In this document: positions 12,498-26,200 of the stretch, one piece after another
Layout of the letters: every line of letters begins with the position of its first letter
How positions within the stretch are numbered: the first letter of the stretch is position 1
NCBI GenBank assembly: GCA_022605425.2
Contig: JAKIMF020000001.1
Span: 1,922,001 to 1,986,000, forward strand
Length of the DNA stretch: 64,000 nucleotides
From: Hamiltosporidium tvaerminnensis FI-OER-3-3
Lineage: Eukaryota; Fungi; Microsporidia
Direction of reading: 5' to 3'
Notes under the pieces: generated by a model
The model's input: the letters and a program-made list of their open reading frames with translations, nothing else
What the model was told of the DNA's origin: nothing
Database searches by the model: none
Program-made: the position numbers and the translations under genes

Positions 12498-14269
12498 AGC
12501 GACGAAGTATATTAATATTCTAATCAAGTAATTTTATAGAAAATTATTTGCTTGCGAACAACCTTTCAAAGTTATTATTCTGCAAAATGATATATATCTG
12601 AAACAATCGGGCACTTTCAAAGCGAAATTATATTGTATTTAAGATCAAAATGTACTTTGAACAGCAGTTATAAGGTTTCGACCATTTTTAATTGTTTAAT
12701 ATAAGAGAATTCTAAGTTATCGATATTAAAACACATATATGGGACCAAAACATTCGAAATACTATATAAATTATAGAATAAATTCATTTTTTTTTATAAA
12801 AAATACGATTTTAAGTCGAAAAAACGAATTTAAAACCATATATTTAAAAATATTGTTCAAAGGGAGTATGTGAAAGCGAGAAAATTCTACATGATTATAA
12901 AAGTTCTAAATTTAGAATAATGGAATTTTGATTTTTTATGAAAGCCAATATAGTTTATTTACCCCAAAAAAGATTTCAGGGGTCGCTTCAAAAAATATAA
13001 GAAGCCAGAAACCAAAGAATCGCGTACCTGTGTGCCTTTTTGGATCTTATTTTTGAATATAGTTTACATATGATCTTTTTTTTATAAAAAATTAGTAAGA
13101 GAATACCAAATCTCTCAAGATTTACCCTGGAAATATTCACTGATTTGTAAAGAAAGAAACTTTTACTAATAGACAAAAATGAAAAAGACCTTTAAACAAT
13201 CTATTTTAATTCACGAAAGAATAGAAAATAAAAACAAATACAAATTAAGTCATTAGCCTGGGAAGACCCAGGAGAATCTTGATATAAGCTAAATGATACA
13301 TACATAAAACATGAATCATTCAATCCATTTCTATATAATAGAAAATTTCCTAGACTACAATATCTTTGGGTTTTGAATCTAAGACATAAAACCAAATACA
13401 ATGTTACGCGAACATTAGTATAGAAGGGTGAATTAATTAATGTAGAAGAGTATTTCAGAATTAAAAGAATATACGACTTATTCTAAACTATCATTTATAA
13501 TTTATGACTATATTTTTTCTATAATTCTAATCGATTAAAATATATTTTTGATGATTAAATAAAATATCAAAATAATAATCAATGAAACCACGGTAATCAA
13601 ATAAATAATTTAATTTTAATATATTTGAATACAAGAATATTATTTGCAATCCAATCACTGTTCCTCAACGCAAATAGCCATGAGAACTGTGTTGGATTGC
13701 ATTATACAACCTGCTATTGTGTTCAAAATTAAACTCGTGTTTAATTTCTTTGCAAATTATTCAAAAGAATTCAGATGTAGATTAAAAACATTAGCTTTAT
13801 ATGTAGAAATTTTTTCAATATGTATTAAATAGTAAAGGCCTAAATTTATCGATCTTAAAGCAATATATTCAGGGCTTTAGATCTAATGATGAAACCCATA
13901 ATTAATTTTTCTTTGGTAGAGATTATTTGGTGAATTTTAGGTGTCTATAATTATTTTATATCTTAAAACATTTTTAATATATTTTTTAATATCTTCAATT
14001 AAATTAAAACGAAATGAAAAAAAAAATTTAAAAAAAATGTTTGCAGCTTGATTTTTCCTTTAAATTATGCTTACATGATTACATACTTTAAATTTCTAGT
14101 TTTATTTACCGTGTTGTCTTTTATCATATAGTCTTTATGTGACTTGGCTCTTCTCATAGAATAGCTGTATGTTTTTTTTCCTATCCTATATCAAATTTTG
14201 GTTTTAAATCTCTCTATTGTTTTATTGAAAAAAATATTTTGATTTTTTATCTCAGATAATCTACCAAAT

Positions 14270-14990
14270 CTCTATTTAAAAATATCATGCCTTTAAAAAA
14301 AACGAAGGCAAGATTTATATTGTTTTCATGACATTAACGCAGTTCTAAGTTTAAAATATATAACTGATCCCTCATATCTATCAGTACCCCCTAAGATACC
14401 TAAATTTCAAAGCATTTAATCTAAAAGGTGCGTAGAACCCAAAAAATGAGATGGCTGTTGCCCGAAGTTCTTTAATGTTCGTTGCATGGTGTGTTATCGT
14501 ACGTCAAAACCCATTCACATCTCTGAGACTATGCAGCATTTTAATTTATTGTACATTTCCCGGATCCAATTGACTTCTAGCTAAGATATATCTTGCCGAT
14601 TTGCATGAAGTCTACTTAGGTAGTGCAATGTCATAGCAACAGGTATAACTGACAACTAAGCCTTTTCGGCTTTAAAGGGTTTTGTTTTTATATCTTCCAG
14701 GCGCAAATTCTTCTAACCCGAATGAGCAAGGCTAGGTTTCCAAGATTTTACATGGCAATTACCCACAAGTTCAGCCACAGCTTTGGATTTAGTTAAGTAA
14801 AAAAATGCAAATAAATTTTAAGAAAAAGTTTCGCCATTTCGTAGACCTTTCCCTCCTCATCCAAACTCTAATGGAACAACCGAAAATGTAGTGTAGTTTT
14901 ATTTCCACAAAATCCAAACAATAATCTTCACACCTATTTCACATACTCATTACCAGGCAGATGGTTTTTTATGTGGTTATCTTCTCTCAA
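14270..14990 (-). mobile_element. Unclassified ~720-bp non-coding interspersed repeat, copy 1 (decayed)
   Basis: Colinear end to end with 29833-30560 and 47861-48583; strand inferred from UUCG hairpins and the terminal AATAAA. Confidence 0.8.
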
Positions 14991-17072
14991 CTTTTACTTA
15001 CCAAATATATTTTATTATATTATTACTTAAATATTTAGAATAAAGCTTTGCTATTTTTAAACAACATAGTATTACGTTATAAAACAATTAATTATGCTAA
15101 AATCATACCTATAAATAATCCAAATTGATTTAAAAAGCTGCATCTTAGGTTTACTATTCAAACTTTTAAAATAAGTCTTTGAAACTGATTGTAGCTTAAA
15201 TTGTTCTCATGTTTACATGCTAATCTGAAATAAATATATCGGGTCTATCGTTCTAATTTTTGGAAATTTTTTAATCCTGGTGTTACTCTTGTTTTTTCAC
15301 TTTATTTAAATTTAAAATTCCTAATTTGTTTAAAAGAATAAAATATATTGCTTTAGCGAAACCAGAGGCGTTGATCGAATCCTACGTTGTAAAGCCTAAT
15401 AGTATTGTATCAATGTAGTTCTTTTTGCGTGTAGTCTAAAATCCTACTAATTTCAAAGCTCGCTAATTTGAAATTTCCTTCTTCAATCGCTAATAGTTTT
15501 ATATCTTGATATAATTAACAAAGGTTTGTTGGAGTGGCCAAATATTTAATTTCTTAAATCACTAGAAATCACTTAAAAAAGGTTCATAATTTGAATCTTT
15601 TGAGCTTGGCTGTGATTAATAGTTTTTTTATTTCGTCATATACGTTTTGTAATTTATATTTTTTACTTTTCGTTTAAACTTATGTTTTTATCTGAAATGT
15701 ATTTGGATTTGCTTCTCATCTATCAAAAAAAAATATTATGATTATTTTACATTCCGAATTCCTCCTATTCGCTTTATATTTTTTTATTGATCCTGATACT
15801 AATAATTTTTAAGGCGATGTTCGTTTGTAAGACAGCATAGCCAGTTTCTTGCAATTCATATCAGGCAGAAGGATGAAACCACCATTCCGGTGAATGTGTA
15901 TCATATTTCATTTCGATACAGAACAAACCAAGTTAAAGACTAGTTTGAATGATTCTCTTTTATTATATAGATAAATCGAAGAACTTAATAATCTAAAAAG
16001 GTTAAAATATTTTTTGCATTTAATTTACACTTATTTTATATCTAAACTTTTAATTAATCTTCGCTTTAACTTCTTCCAATAAGCTATAGTCTAATATCGG
16101 GCACACGTTGTCAATTATTTATGGGTATTTTTAAATATATACATTTTCTAGAAGATATTGGTTTTACACAAAATGTATTATTTGTTATTAGTATTTAAAT
16201 TTTCGTTTTGAAAAAAATAATTAAATATGCAGTTATTGAAAATCTATTTCTAAATGAATTCAAGTTCATCAAATTAAAGGCGAGGCTTTGTAATGAGATA
16301 TTCATATAGGCATGGAATATCATTTTCATATATTCTGTCTAGTTTTTACCTCGAGAGCTACATAAGAAACACTTACAAAAAAAGCTAACAGCCTTAAAAA
16401 TTCACTATCCATTCTTTTTTAAATAGTGTTCTAAATTTTAATTGAAATATCAATTCCTAATCTAATTTGAATTATTTAATCTATTAAAAGATTAAATCAA
16501 GAAATTATACTTTAAGCATTAATTCAAGCAGCTTAATATATCACATTTTTGATTTCGAAAAGCAATTCATTTTCATTCGGCTTCTTAGTATATTTTGAAT
16601 TCCCTTAAGCATTTAGTAAAATTTGATTATCAGTCCTTTTTAATTTCTTAAAAAAATAAAATATGCTTCGAATTCAAAAAAATTAAATGAAATATTATCC
16701 CTTTTTACAGCACAAATTTTTTTATTTCAAGCCTTTTATACTCTCCGCTTTTTACCATTAAAGTAAACATTTTTAGAGCTCAAATTAGTTGTTCAAACTA
16801 AAATATTTATCTAAAAATATAAGCTAGCATAATTCTGCTATTAAATTATTGGTTAAGAAAAGCCATTTCTTGAATTAATTATTTTAATTAGAATTACTCA
16901 AAAGTAATATTAAATTCTTAAATAATCAATTCAGATATTATTTATTTAAAAAAATCAAATATTCTTTGTTTAATTTTTCTAAAATACGATTTTTTTATTT
17001 GTTTATTTGATAAGAAAACATGAAACTTGTTTACAATTTTTATTATAAAAGAATGAATTCCATTGTTTGTTT

Positions 17073-17429
17073 ATGAAAACATTATCTGTCATCCTCTTCT
17101 TCATACTCGTTCAAGTCATCTTAGAAATATATTATGACTCACATCTTCACTTTAAAACAATGAGATCATCTTGTAATCAAGTGATATATTACTTCCATAG
17201 TTCCTTCCATATTACCTTATATATTGTAGAAGTATTTTTGATTATAAATGCTTTGGTTTCAATATTACAATACTTATTTATAGATACAAAGAAAATACCA
17301 ATGAATGCATTTGAGTGGTATTGGGTTTTAATCATCGATGTACATATTGAAATGTTTAAATATCCAGAAAAATTTACTTGCTTAAAAATCATATTAGAAC
17401 ATAATGAAGAATCTGAGCTTAATATATAA
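17073..17429 (+). CDS. 118-aa multicopy hypothetical protein (copy 3 of 4)
   Basis: Closely similar to the other copies; frame intact. Confidence 0.5.
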   Translation: MKTLSVILFFILVQVILEIYYDSHLHFKTMRSSCNQVIYYFHSSFHITLYIVEVFLIINALVSILQYLFIDTKKIPMNAFEWYWVLIIDVHIEMFKYPEKFTCLKIILEHNEESELNI

Positions 17430-18305
17430 GTGTTGGGGCTGGACAACCCCGTAAAAAATGTCCCTGTTTGCAAATTATGTTCTATTAAAGAGACGATTGG
17501 ATTGTTGGATTGATGAAAAATAAATAGAATAAATAAAAAGTTCAAAAAATCGTTTATATTTTATATTTTTTTTCCAAAAAACTTTACAAATTTACGCCTT
17601 ATAAGTTTTGATAATAAAAGCTTTTTATTTGGTTATTGTTTTTGAGTTTTTCTATGTGATTTGTAAAATAAGATTACGGTGTGCATATTTTTCTATTTAA
17701 AACTTAAATTCAAATAATAAAAACTAGGTTGTGATATATAGACGATTTTAATTTTTTTTAGTAAAAACATAATTTATCAATATTTGGTTCCTTGAAACGA
17801 AATTACGAAGCCCTGGGTAAAAAATTACCATATCATATTAAAAAATTGGATTTAATTTCTCTTAATATTTTAACGTTTTTATTGGTATTCAGACAATGAA
17901 TATAAATCCAGAAAGTTAGTTGTATCAAAAAAATCACTTTACGTATGAAACAAATACAAACAACGAAAACTACAAAAAAATTTATAAAATAAAATCAAAT
18001 CCTGAAGTTAAGAATATTTTTAAATTATTTAGCAAAAAATATAAGCACCGAGACCACGCTAGATTTATTGTTTGAAAATTAATTATAATGAAAGAATATA
18101 AGAGAATTTTTGGATGTTATATTCCTAAGAAATTAATTGAGGTTCTTCAAAACTCTTGCGAAGGTAACTTGTTTGTGACTAACTCAGATAAGAGAAAAAA
18201 AATCGGTGTTCCTGTAATTTTATATGAAAACAACGAAATGATATTGCTTATTTACTACATATTTTTGCATGTTCTTTTATACCTCTTTTATATCAAGGTA
18301 TATTA

Positions 18306-19884
18306 TAAGGCTTTTCAATGAATATAATAATCCTGCAATCAATATCATAATTTTTCGATCAATATCATAATCATTGCAATCAATATAATAAATTTTCGAT
18401 CAATATCATAATCATTGCAATCAATATAATAAATTTTCGATCAATATCATAATTGTTGCAATCAATATCATAATCCTTGCAATCCATAGAATAATTATTT
18501 TTAAAAAATAAAAATTTAAAAAATAATTTATTCATTATAAAATTAACTCCCATGTTAAATTCTTTTTCAGGTAAAAATACCAACGAGAACAAATATGATT
18601 TTCATGTGGTGAAACACCGGAATGTATAGAGTGCGAAAATGACAATGTTTTGAAGTGTCTTGTAGAAACATCGAGATCACATGATGAAAATCCCTTAACA
18701 ACCACCATTCCAGCTCTGAGGAAACAAAAAGTTTCTAATAATGATCGGGAATGCACAATTTAAAAGACATATGAAGGCCATTCTATGTCTGCAATTGCCT
18801 CGATGTATCAAATAAATTAACAGACGGTTAATAGTATCGTTAAACGATATTTAAAAACCGGCCTGGTATTTGTCGAGAAAAGAGATGGTGGTGATAGGCG
18901 TTCAAAGTTAACTCAGGAAATAAAAGAGAGCTTACAAACCTATGTTAGCTTGGAGTGCACAGAAACCCTGTATGAGCTGGCAGAATAGATCAAATGCACT
19001 TTTAATGTTGATGTGTCAACTAGTATATTGATCGCGCACCAAGAGAGTATCATTACACTCCAAAGCATATAATATTAGTGCCTGAGCGTAGAAAGTTACC
19101 ATTGAAAACGAGCTCAGAACAAATTACGCAACTAGTTTTCGAGAATTGGAGGTTAATAACGATGACAAAAACTTTGTCTTTTTAGACGAAGTTGGGGTTG
19201 CGGTAGTAATACGCCCCAGTAGAGACCCTAATATGAAAAATGAATCTACACATTTTTTGTGGCTGCAGCCTGAAGTAAAAATATTTCAGAGTCGCAGCAA
19301 TGAACAAATATGGTATGATATACCATAAGATTCATGAAAGGGCTGTAAATGGTGAGGACTTCAAATTATCTATTAATGAGATTAATGAAAGTTGTCAAGA
19401 GCAAGGAATTTTGACTCCTATATTTGTAATGGACAATGCGAGAATTCATCACTATCGTGTATTGGATGATGATGAGGAAATTGCTGCGGATCGAATAGAA
19501 TTTCTTCCACCTTACTCTCCATTTCTTAATCCAATTAAGAATTTAATCTCGATCTGAAAAAATAAAGTAATTCGAGGTGGCGTTCGTACTGGGCCTCAGT
19601 TGAGAATATTAATTTGTGAAAAATTTAATGAGATCACGGGAGAACATTGTAGTTCTTTTTACCACAAAATTTTAGAGTATTTGCAAAAGGCTGAAGTAGG
19701 GCAAGTGATTCTTAAATAATAATTCTCAAGTACTATTTATAATTTTATTTTTTAAATTTTTATTTTTTAAAAATAATTATTATATTGATTGCAAGCATTA
19801 TGATATTGACTTCAACAATTATGATATTGATCGAAAAATTATTATATGGATTGCAAGGATTATTATATTGATCGAAAAACCCTA
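18306..19884 (+). mobile_element. Defective Tc1/IS630 DD34E transposon (~1.58 kb), uninterrupted mirror copy
   Basis: TA flanks at 18304-5 and 19885-6; subrepeat TIRs; pseudogene ~18552-19720 with the same lesions as the left copy plus catalytic E to K (NPIK). Confidence 0.88.
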
Positions 19885-22314
19885 TAACTAAAAGATTTTA
19901 TTATGAGATTTTTATTAAACGATGTTAAAACAGTGTGGTGAATTTAAGGAGTTAAAATTCAGAGAGTACTACATTTAAAGTATGGTATTAAACGAATATT
20001 TAAGTTAAAAGGTAGTTAAAGATGGTATAGTAAGCTAAAACGTGCTAGTAAAGCGTGTCATATCTTAAATGGGTTTTGTTAAATATAATAAGGTTAAAGG
20101 TGTCCTATTTGTTTTTTATATTCATTCTTGCTTTTTTTCGAATTTTTTATAAAATCGGGCAACTTTTTTATGATGATGGTCATCCGAAATATTCATTTTT
20201 AACGTTATGATTGTATTTGCAAACCAATGAGAGAACAATATGTAATATCACTTAAAATTCCGCAATGGGCAAATTCACTAAATACGAATTGATTAATAAA
20301 ACTAATGTATGAGGATGTCGTAAAATCTTTCGAGGAACCCAGATAAAAGGTATCTTTGATACCGGCAGGTTCTATCATTTGAATAAAAGGGTTTGTTAAC
20401 CCGTGTAACCAAAGATTGTTTTTGATCAACAAAAGATTTATTTGAATTATTATTCCACTTCTTCGTTTTCCTTTCTTCAACCATTGAGGTTTTAATAAAA
20501 TATAATTTTATATTTATAAGGAATTCAATAGCCTATAATTAGATAGTAGAATACTACAAAGAGACACACAAAAAGGGACTGGAAGCCCTTTATCGTACAC
20601 TAAAAAATTTGAGAGCGAATTAACAGGCATTCTTAAGAGCTTTAATTTTACCGTCTAGTGACTTTCGTCAAACTCTATCAGTTATTCCTTGTCTCACACC
20701 GAACGATGAACCAAACGCATGTCTAAAATCATAAATATTGAAGAGAAATGCAAAGAAATTAATTAAAAAAACTAACTTACGTGTTAGAAAAACAAAATGA
20801 TACATTCGCTGCACTTTTCGGAAAAAAAATAATAGATATAGAGAATTCGAAGTAATATTTTACGGATTTACACAATAAATTACATTTCCAGAAAACTATT
20901 ATAAGATGACATCAACTAAAGATCAATGAATCAAAACATTCTTAAAGATATCACGATAAAGTTTAAAATCATCCGTGGATCAGTACACGTGCTATATTAA
21001 CCACTAACAACAAGCATTTAACTGATATAAATTTAAAAATGCAAATTGGAAGACCGGGGGAAATTACAAGATATAAGTTCATCGATAAAATTATAAATAA
21101 AGAAGACTTTGTTTAGATTCTACATAACTCTTAATTCACAGATTTTTTGGGTATTATTCACATGTTTTACAATACAAAAGCCAAGCGCCTATCATTCTTC
21201 TTCCATAATTTAATTTATCTGTTCTTTATACCGATACAAGACTTTCGGTAAAAAAAACTTATCAAGAATAGCATTAAAGTTATAATATGATAAGAAAAAT
21301 AAAAAGATAAGATGTAAAGTAGCCGCATTTACATTTTTCAACATATATTTCATTAGAATTAAACCTTTTAAAACCTTTCTGCGACTCATCTTTGCAAAGA
21401 TAGTAGGCAAATAATGATTTCGAACGTTGCAATTGCGTAGAATAAATCCATATAACCCGGAATTCGCATATGAAAAACTTTTAGGTCATTTCAAGAGTGG
21501 GTCAATCTTCTGATCTATCCGCATATACGCCAGAAGAAAGAACGAAAAATTGTGTTTATCCGAAAAAGCGTTCAAATAAATTGATAAAAAGTATTAAAAA
21601 AATAAATTTTAATCTATTATTCTAATTTTATCATATTTAAAATTAGTTTCTTACACGATCACAGAAACGGGCGAACAGCAAACCAGTCCATTATTCTTTA
21701 CAAATACAATTGCACATACCCACCTCTAAGAAAAGAGGTTAAAAAATTAAAGGCAAAAATCATTAGACTTAAACATGTAAAGAAGCTGATCGAAATGGAA
21801 ACAATTACATTAAAATTTACCGAATGATTTATATATAAAGAAAGAATGAAACACGATTAAAATAGCCAAAACATAGCAATTTAAACGAATTTACTTTAGA
21901 TACCTCTATGCAATGAAAAAATATTAGGCGGAATTTTTTACTACTTGTTTTAATTTTGAATAGATATCCTTAATAAAAATATAAGTCATTTTTCAATCCA
22001 AAAGACGAACTAAATATTTATATGAAGTTTTCAAACTTGTTTTATTAACATATTTTATTTAAATTTTAATTCTTATTTTTAATATTTTTACCATTCTAAA
22101 TAATATTCTGTGTTTAACTTACCGTATCAGACCATATTTTTAACTTTTTTTGTGCCCCAATTTACTATTAAATCAGATATTATCTTAATAAACTAATCAA
22201 AATATTCTTTGTTTAATTTTTCTAAAATCTGATTTTTTTATTTGTTATTTGATAAGGAAACATGAAACTTGTTTACAATTTTTATTATAAAAGAATGAAT
22301 TCCATTGTTTGTTT

Positions 22315-22671
22315 ATGAAAACATTATCTGTCATCCTCTTCTTCATACTCGTTCAAGTCATCTTAGAAATATATTATGACTCACATCTTCACTTTAAAAC
22401 AATGAGATCATCTTGTAATCAAGTGATATATTACTTCCATAGTTCTTTCCATATTACCTTATATATTGTAGAAGTATTTTTGATCATAAATGCTTTGGTT
22501 TCAATATTACAATACTTCTTTATAGATACAAAGAAAATACCAATGAATGCATTTGAGCAGTATTGGGTTTTAAACATCGATGTATATATTGAAATGTTTA
22601 AATATCCAGAAAAATGTTCTTATTATAAAACTATTTTAGAACATAATGAAGAATCTGAGCTTAATATATAA
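22315..22671 (+). CDS. 118-aa multicopy hypothetical protein (copy 4 of 4)
   Basis: Closely similar to the other copies; frame intact. Confidence 0.5.
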   Translation: MKTLSVILFFILVQVILEIYYDSHLHFKTMRSSCNQVIYYFHSSFHITLYIVEVFLIINALVSILQYFFIDTKKIPMNAFEQYWVLNIDVYIEMFKYPEKCSYYKTILEHNEESELNI

Positions 22672-23299
22672 GTGTTGGGGCTGGACAACCCCGTAAAAAA
22701 TGTCCCTGTTTGCAAATTATGTTCTATTAAAGAGACGATTGGATTGTTAGATTTATGAGAAATAAATAGAATAAATAAAAAATTCAAAAAATTGTTTATA
22801 TTTTATTATCGTTAAATCGTTTTTATTTCTTCAAATAGTGTAATTTGACTTTATGAATCAAAATATATTTATAGAAGAAACAAAGAAATACAATTATAAC
22901 TCTGATTATTTTTTTTTATTTTAAAATTTATTAAAAATCAATATCAAACTAAGATTTATTTATACATGTTTGTTTTTCTTATTCTGTTTGCTTGCTCATT
23001 CTACATCATTACTCAGTCAATTTATCCAATTCTTTATATTTGGTTCTTTCCCTTTTTTGAGTCGATACTTAATTTGTGAAGCTTAATCATTCTTGAATTT
23101 CATTAATGTTCTTTTGTTTTTTTGTAACACACTTTCCTTTATTGAAGTCTATTTGTAGAAGGGTGTATGTTGTGTAAGCTAGCTATTTTTAAAATACCCA
23201 GTTATACCTTCGTCGGCTGTCTTCGGCCATTTTAATGAATTCGAACCCAATCTCTTCCCCAAAAGAAACGATTTCGATTTTTTTTAAGTGCCATCCAAG

Positions 23300-26200
23300 G
23301 AATTTATGCCATAATCTTACTAGTATTTGAAGACTGTTTGAGAAAATTTACTGGTATTTAATTAAAATACTATCTATGATTATCACATATTAAATTAATC
23401 TACCTTTTTATTATTAATAACTCTGTGTATCTGTTAAAAAAGATTATTTCTGTGGTTTTTAGTTCCTCCGATTTGAAAATGATCTTGCTGGTAAATTCGA
23501 ATCTCGATTGTATATTTCTCTAACCTAAACATACCTGGCCTATAACTTCAAATTTCGACACAAGTTTTCACTTTATATCCGCATACATATTTTAAAAAAA
23601 ATCTTGAACGAAGATACTTGATATTATTTAAAAACTTGAGCTTTAATTATCAAGAGAAGTGGGTTTAGACTTATAACCATAGTTTGCGCTTAAGAAAAGG
23701 ATGCTTGTATACTATATCTAGTGTTCATTTGTTCTTTTGATTTTATATAATTTCCACAATATTGACATATTTTTTCTGTATCTCTAATATCTTTTATTAT
23801 AAAATTAACTGAAAACTGCTTCTTTTATTCTAGATGCTACTTCCTCTCGTCGGGGATTTCAATGAAGTAATAATTTGAATAACCCAGAATTTCTAGCACT
23901 ATTTAATTTTTTACGCAATTAAAAATTTTCTATTTCACTACATAAATTTAGTAATTGAGTTAATTTTTCTAGAATCTTTCGAAATTTTATTTTCTAATGT
24001 ATATTTTATTTCCTAATGCAATTTAATCGATACAAATGGGTTTTATTATGTTTTTAGTCTTGTAATCATTTCTGCTTTCGTGTTAGGTATTTTTTTGTTT
24101 CATTTGAACATTTAAAGTAGTATAGATGCATATGTTTACTTTGCAGTTCAAATGTGTTAAAACTCTTAAAGTTAAGATATATGTAGATACAAGCTCTTTT
24201 TACATAAAGGTTTGTTATGTACCTTGTTCTTCACCAATACCAAGCGCTTTTAGTATCTAGCTCATCGAAATCAGCCAAATCAACGCAAGGCCTCTTATAA
24301 GATAGTTGATCAACAAATCGCAAATATATTCATTTGTTAATTAAATTTCTTTCATTTGATTCAATGTGACAAAGTTGTTGAACACCCGGTAAACTTCTAT
24401 TTTCTTCAAGAAACTAGCCATAACAGAATTCCTTCATAATTCTATTCTTATTGCCTGTTTTTATCCCTAAATCTTCCAAAAAAAGCATTTTCTTCTCAAC
24501 CGTATTATTTGTAACTGGTTTCTTCATGTCAATAGCTAGATTTATTTTTGACAAGAAAGATTGTACTTTATTGTAATTAAAGCCAAAATTGTATCACTAA
24601 CTGCAGAGGCTTAATATCATTATTAAAAGGGACATGTTCTAGTGTATTAAAACTTGTTCAGCATCTAATTCCATCTTTGTAAATTTCATATTGAGCTCGC
24701 GGATTTCGAATCATAACAACACAAAATCAAGGTTGCATGCAATACACTGCTGAATCATACTTACATCTTTTTATTATGATTTACTGGATTCTAATGACAA
24801 ATAAATTTTAGGATTAAGAATAGAATTAAGGTTTTGAATACCAAAAATTGAAACAGAATGGTGGAATAAGCATTATATTTAATCAATACATCTCGCTTAA
24901 AGGCCCTTTTACACTCTTTTCTGGTGTAAAACCTATCAAGGCTTGGTATTTTGATGTTTTACATTTATTAATAACTCTAAATAATTTTTATTTGGCAGCT
25001 TAACCCTTTTTTTAATGGAATTACCGCCGTAGGACATTTTGTTCGAAATTTTGAAAGTTATAAAAACAGAAATACCTGTTTTTAGAGTCTTTTTTGCGTC
25101 ATGCCTTTTCGTATCTTTAATTACATATAAAATAAAACCATTCGGCTTACAAGCATACAAATAATACAATATTCTAAAAAATTTCTCTATGGTCGTATGT
25201 TTAAAACTAAAGTAATTATAAATATCATTAATTTCAACTTCTTTCCAGTTCGGAAAATATTCAATGTATTTATTAACTCACCATATGAATGAAGCTTTAT
25301 TTGAGAAGTATCCATTGTAAATGGTACTCGATAAATATCATGTATGACTATGTGATTGTCCATTTTACCCGTTTTTGACCGTACAGTCACGAGTTCATCA
25401 CGTTTATCACATTTTCTAAACACCATCTTCAAATAATCTACGATAAAATTAACATCCGAAAAGCTCAAAAATACGATTCAATTTTCGAAATTGCTTCCTA
25501 CTTTCATAAATAGTGAGTTTTTAACCTCAAAAATCCAACGACTCATTCTTCTTAACTAAAGCTACGGCAAGATAGTTTCCAGGCTCAGTTTTAACTTTAA
25601 AGCCTGCGTGATTTATTTGAGGTTTCTTATTTCGGCAATATTGAGTTTTTCTATTGTATGAACAGCCTAAAGAAACCCTTTGAAAACGCTAACAAAGAGA
25701 TTTTGATTTATAAGTTTTTATTTTATGTCTATCTCGCCTCTTCTTTATAAATTGCCTAATCATTCATAACTTAGTAGCTCGTATAATATTCGCAGCTTCG
25801 TAATTGACCCAATTACCGTAAAATATGTATTTCATCAGCTTTTCGACTTATCTGATTAAGAACTTTGCTATATATTTCTTTAGTGGGAAGCTTTGTGGTT
25901 TGGACCGCTATATTTACAATTTCTTATTCATAAAATTCTTCGATTTTAAATAAGGACCTTTCCGTCACGTCATCATATAGTATTTTGCCAATAAGGAAAG
26001 ATGGCTTGATCGGGAAAGTGGGAATTCTACCTCTCTTCCCATTCTTTTTTGCCTTATTTGGCTTTCCGTCTCTTTGTGTGCAAAATTTTTAGATACAACG
26101 AGATTCAAGTCGAAATCAAATTCTCATTGTAATATAAATAGAGCTTTGTTCAGTTTTCTCGGTTAATTCTTTAAACCAAGTCTGTAGAGCAAAAAAAACT

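Larger units (their letters stand above)
16408..22806. repeat. Right arm of the inverted segmental duplication
   Basis: Reverse complement of 1295-5584 joined to 9405-11513. Confidence 0.93.

Noticed and set aside
14515-14600. Group I intron-like R/S words (GAGACTA...AAGATATA) in the 720-bp element
   Set aside because: P7 cannot form because the S word lacks TAGTC, and the R word is not conserved in copy 3.
17434-17470. GC hairpin as a Helitron 3' terminus
   Set aside because: No CTRR at the expected distance, and repeat homology continues well past it.
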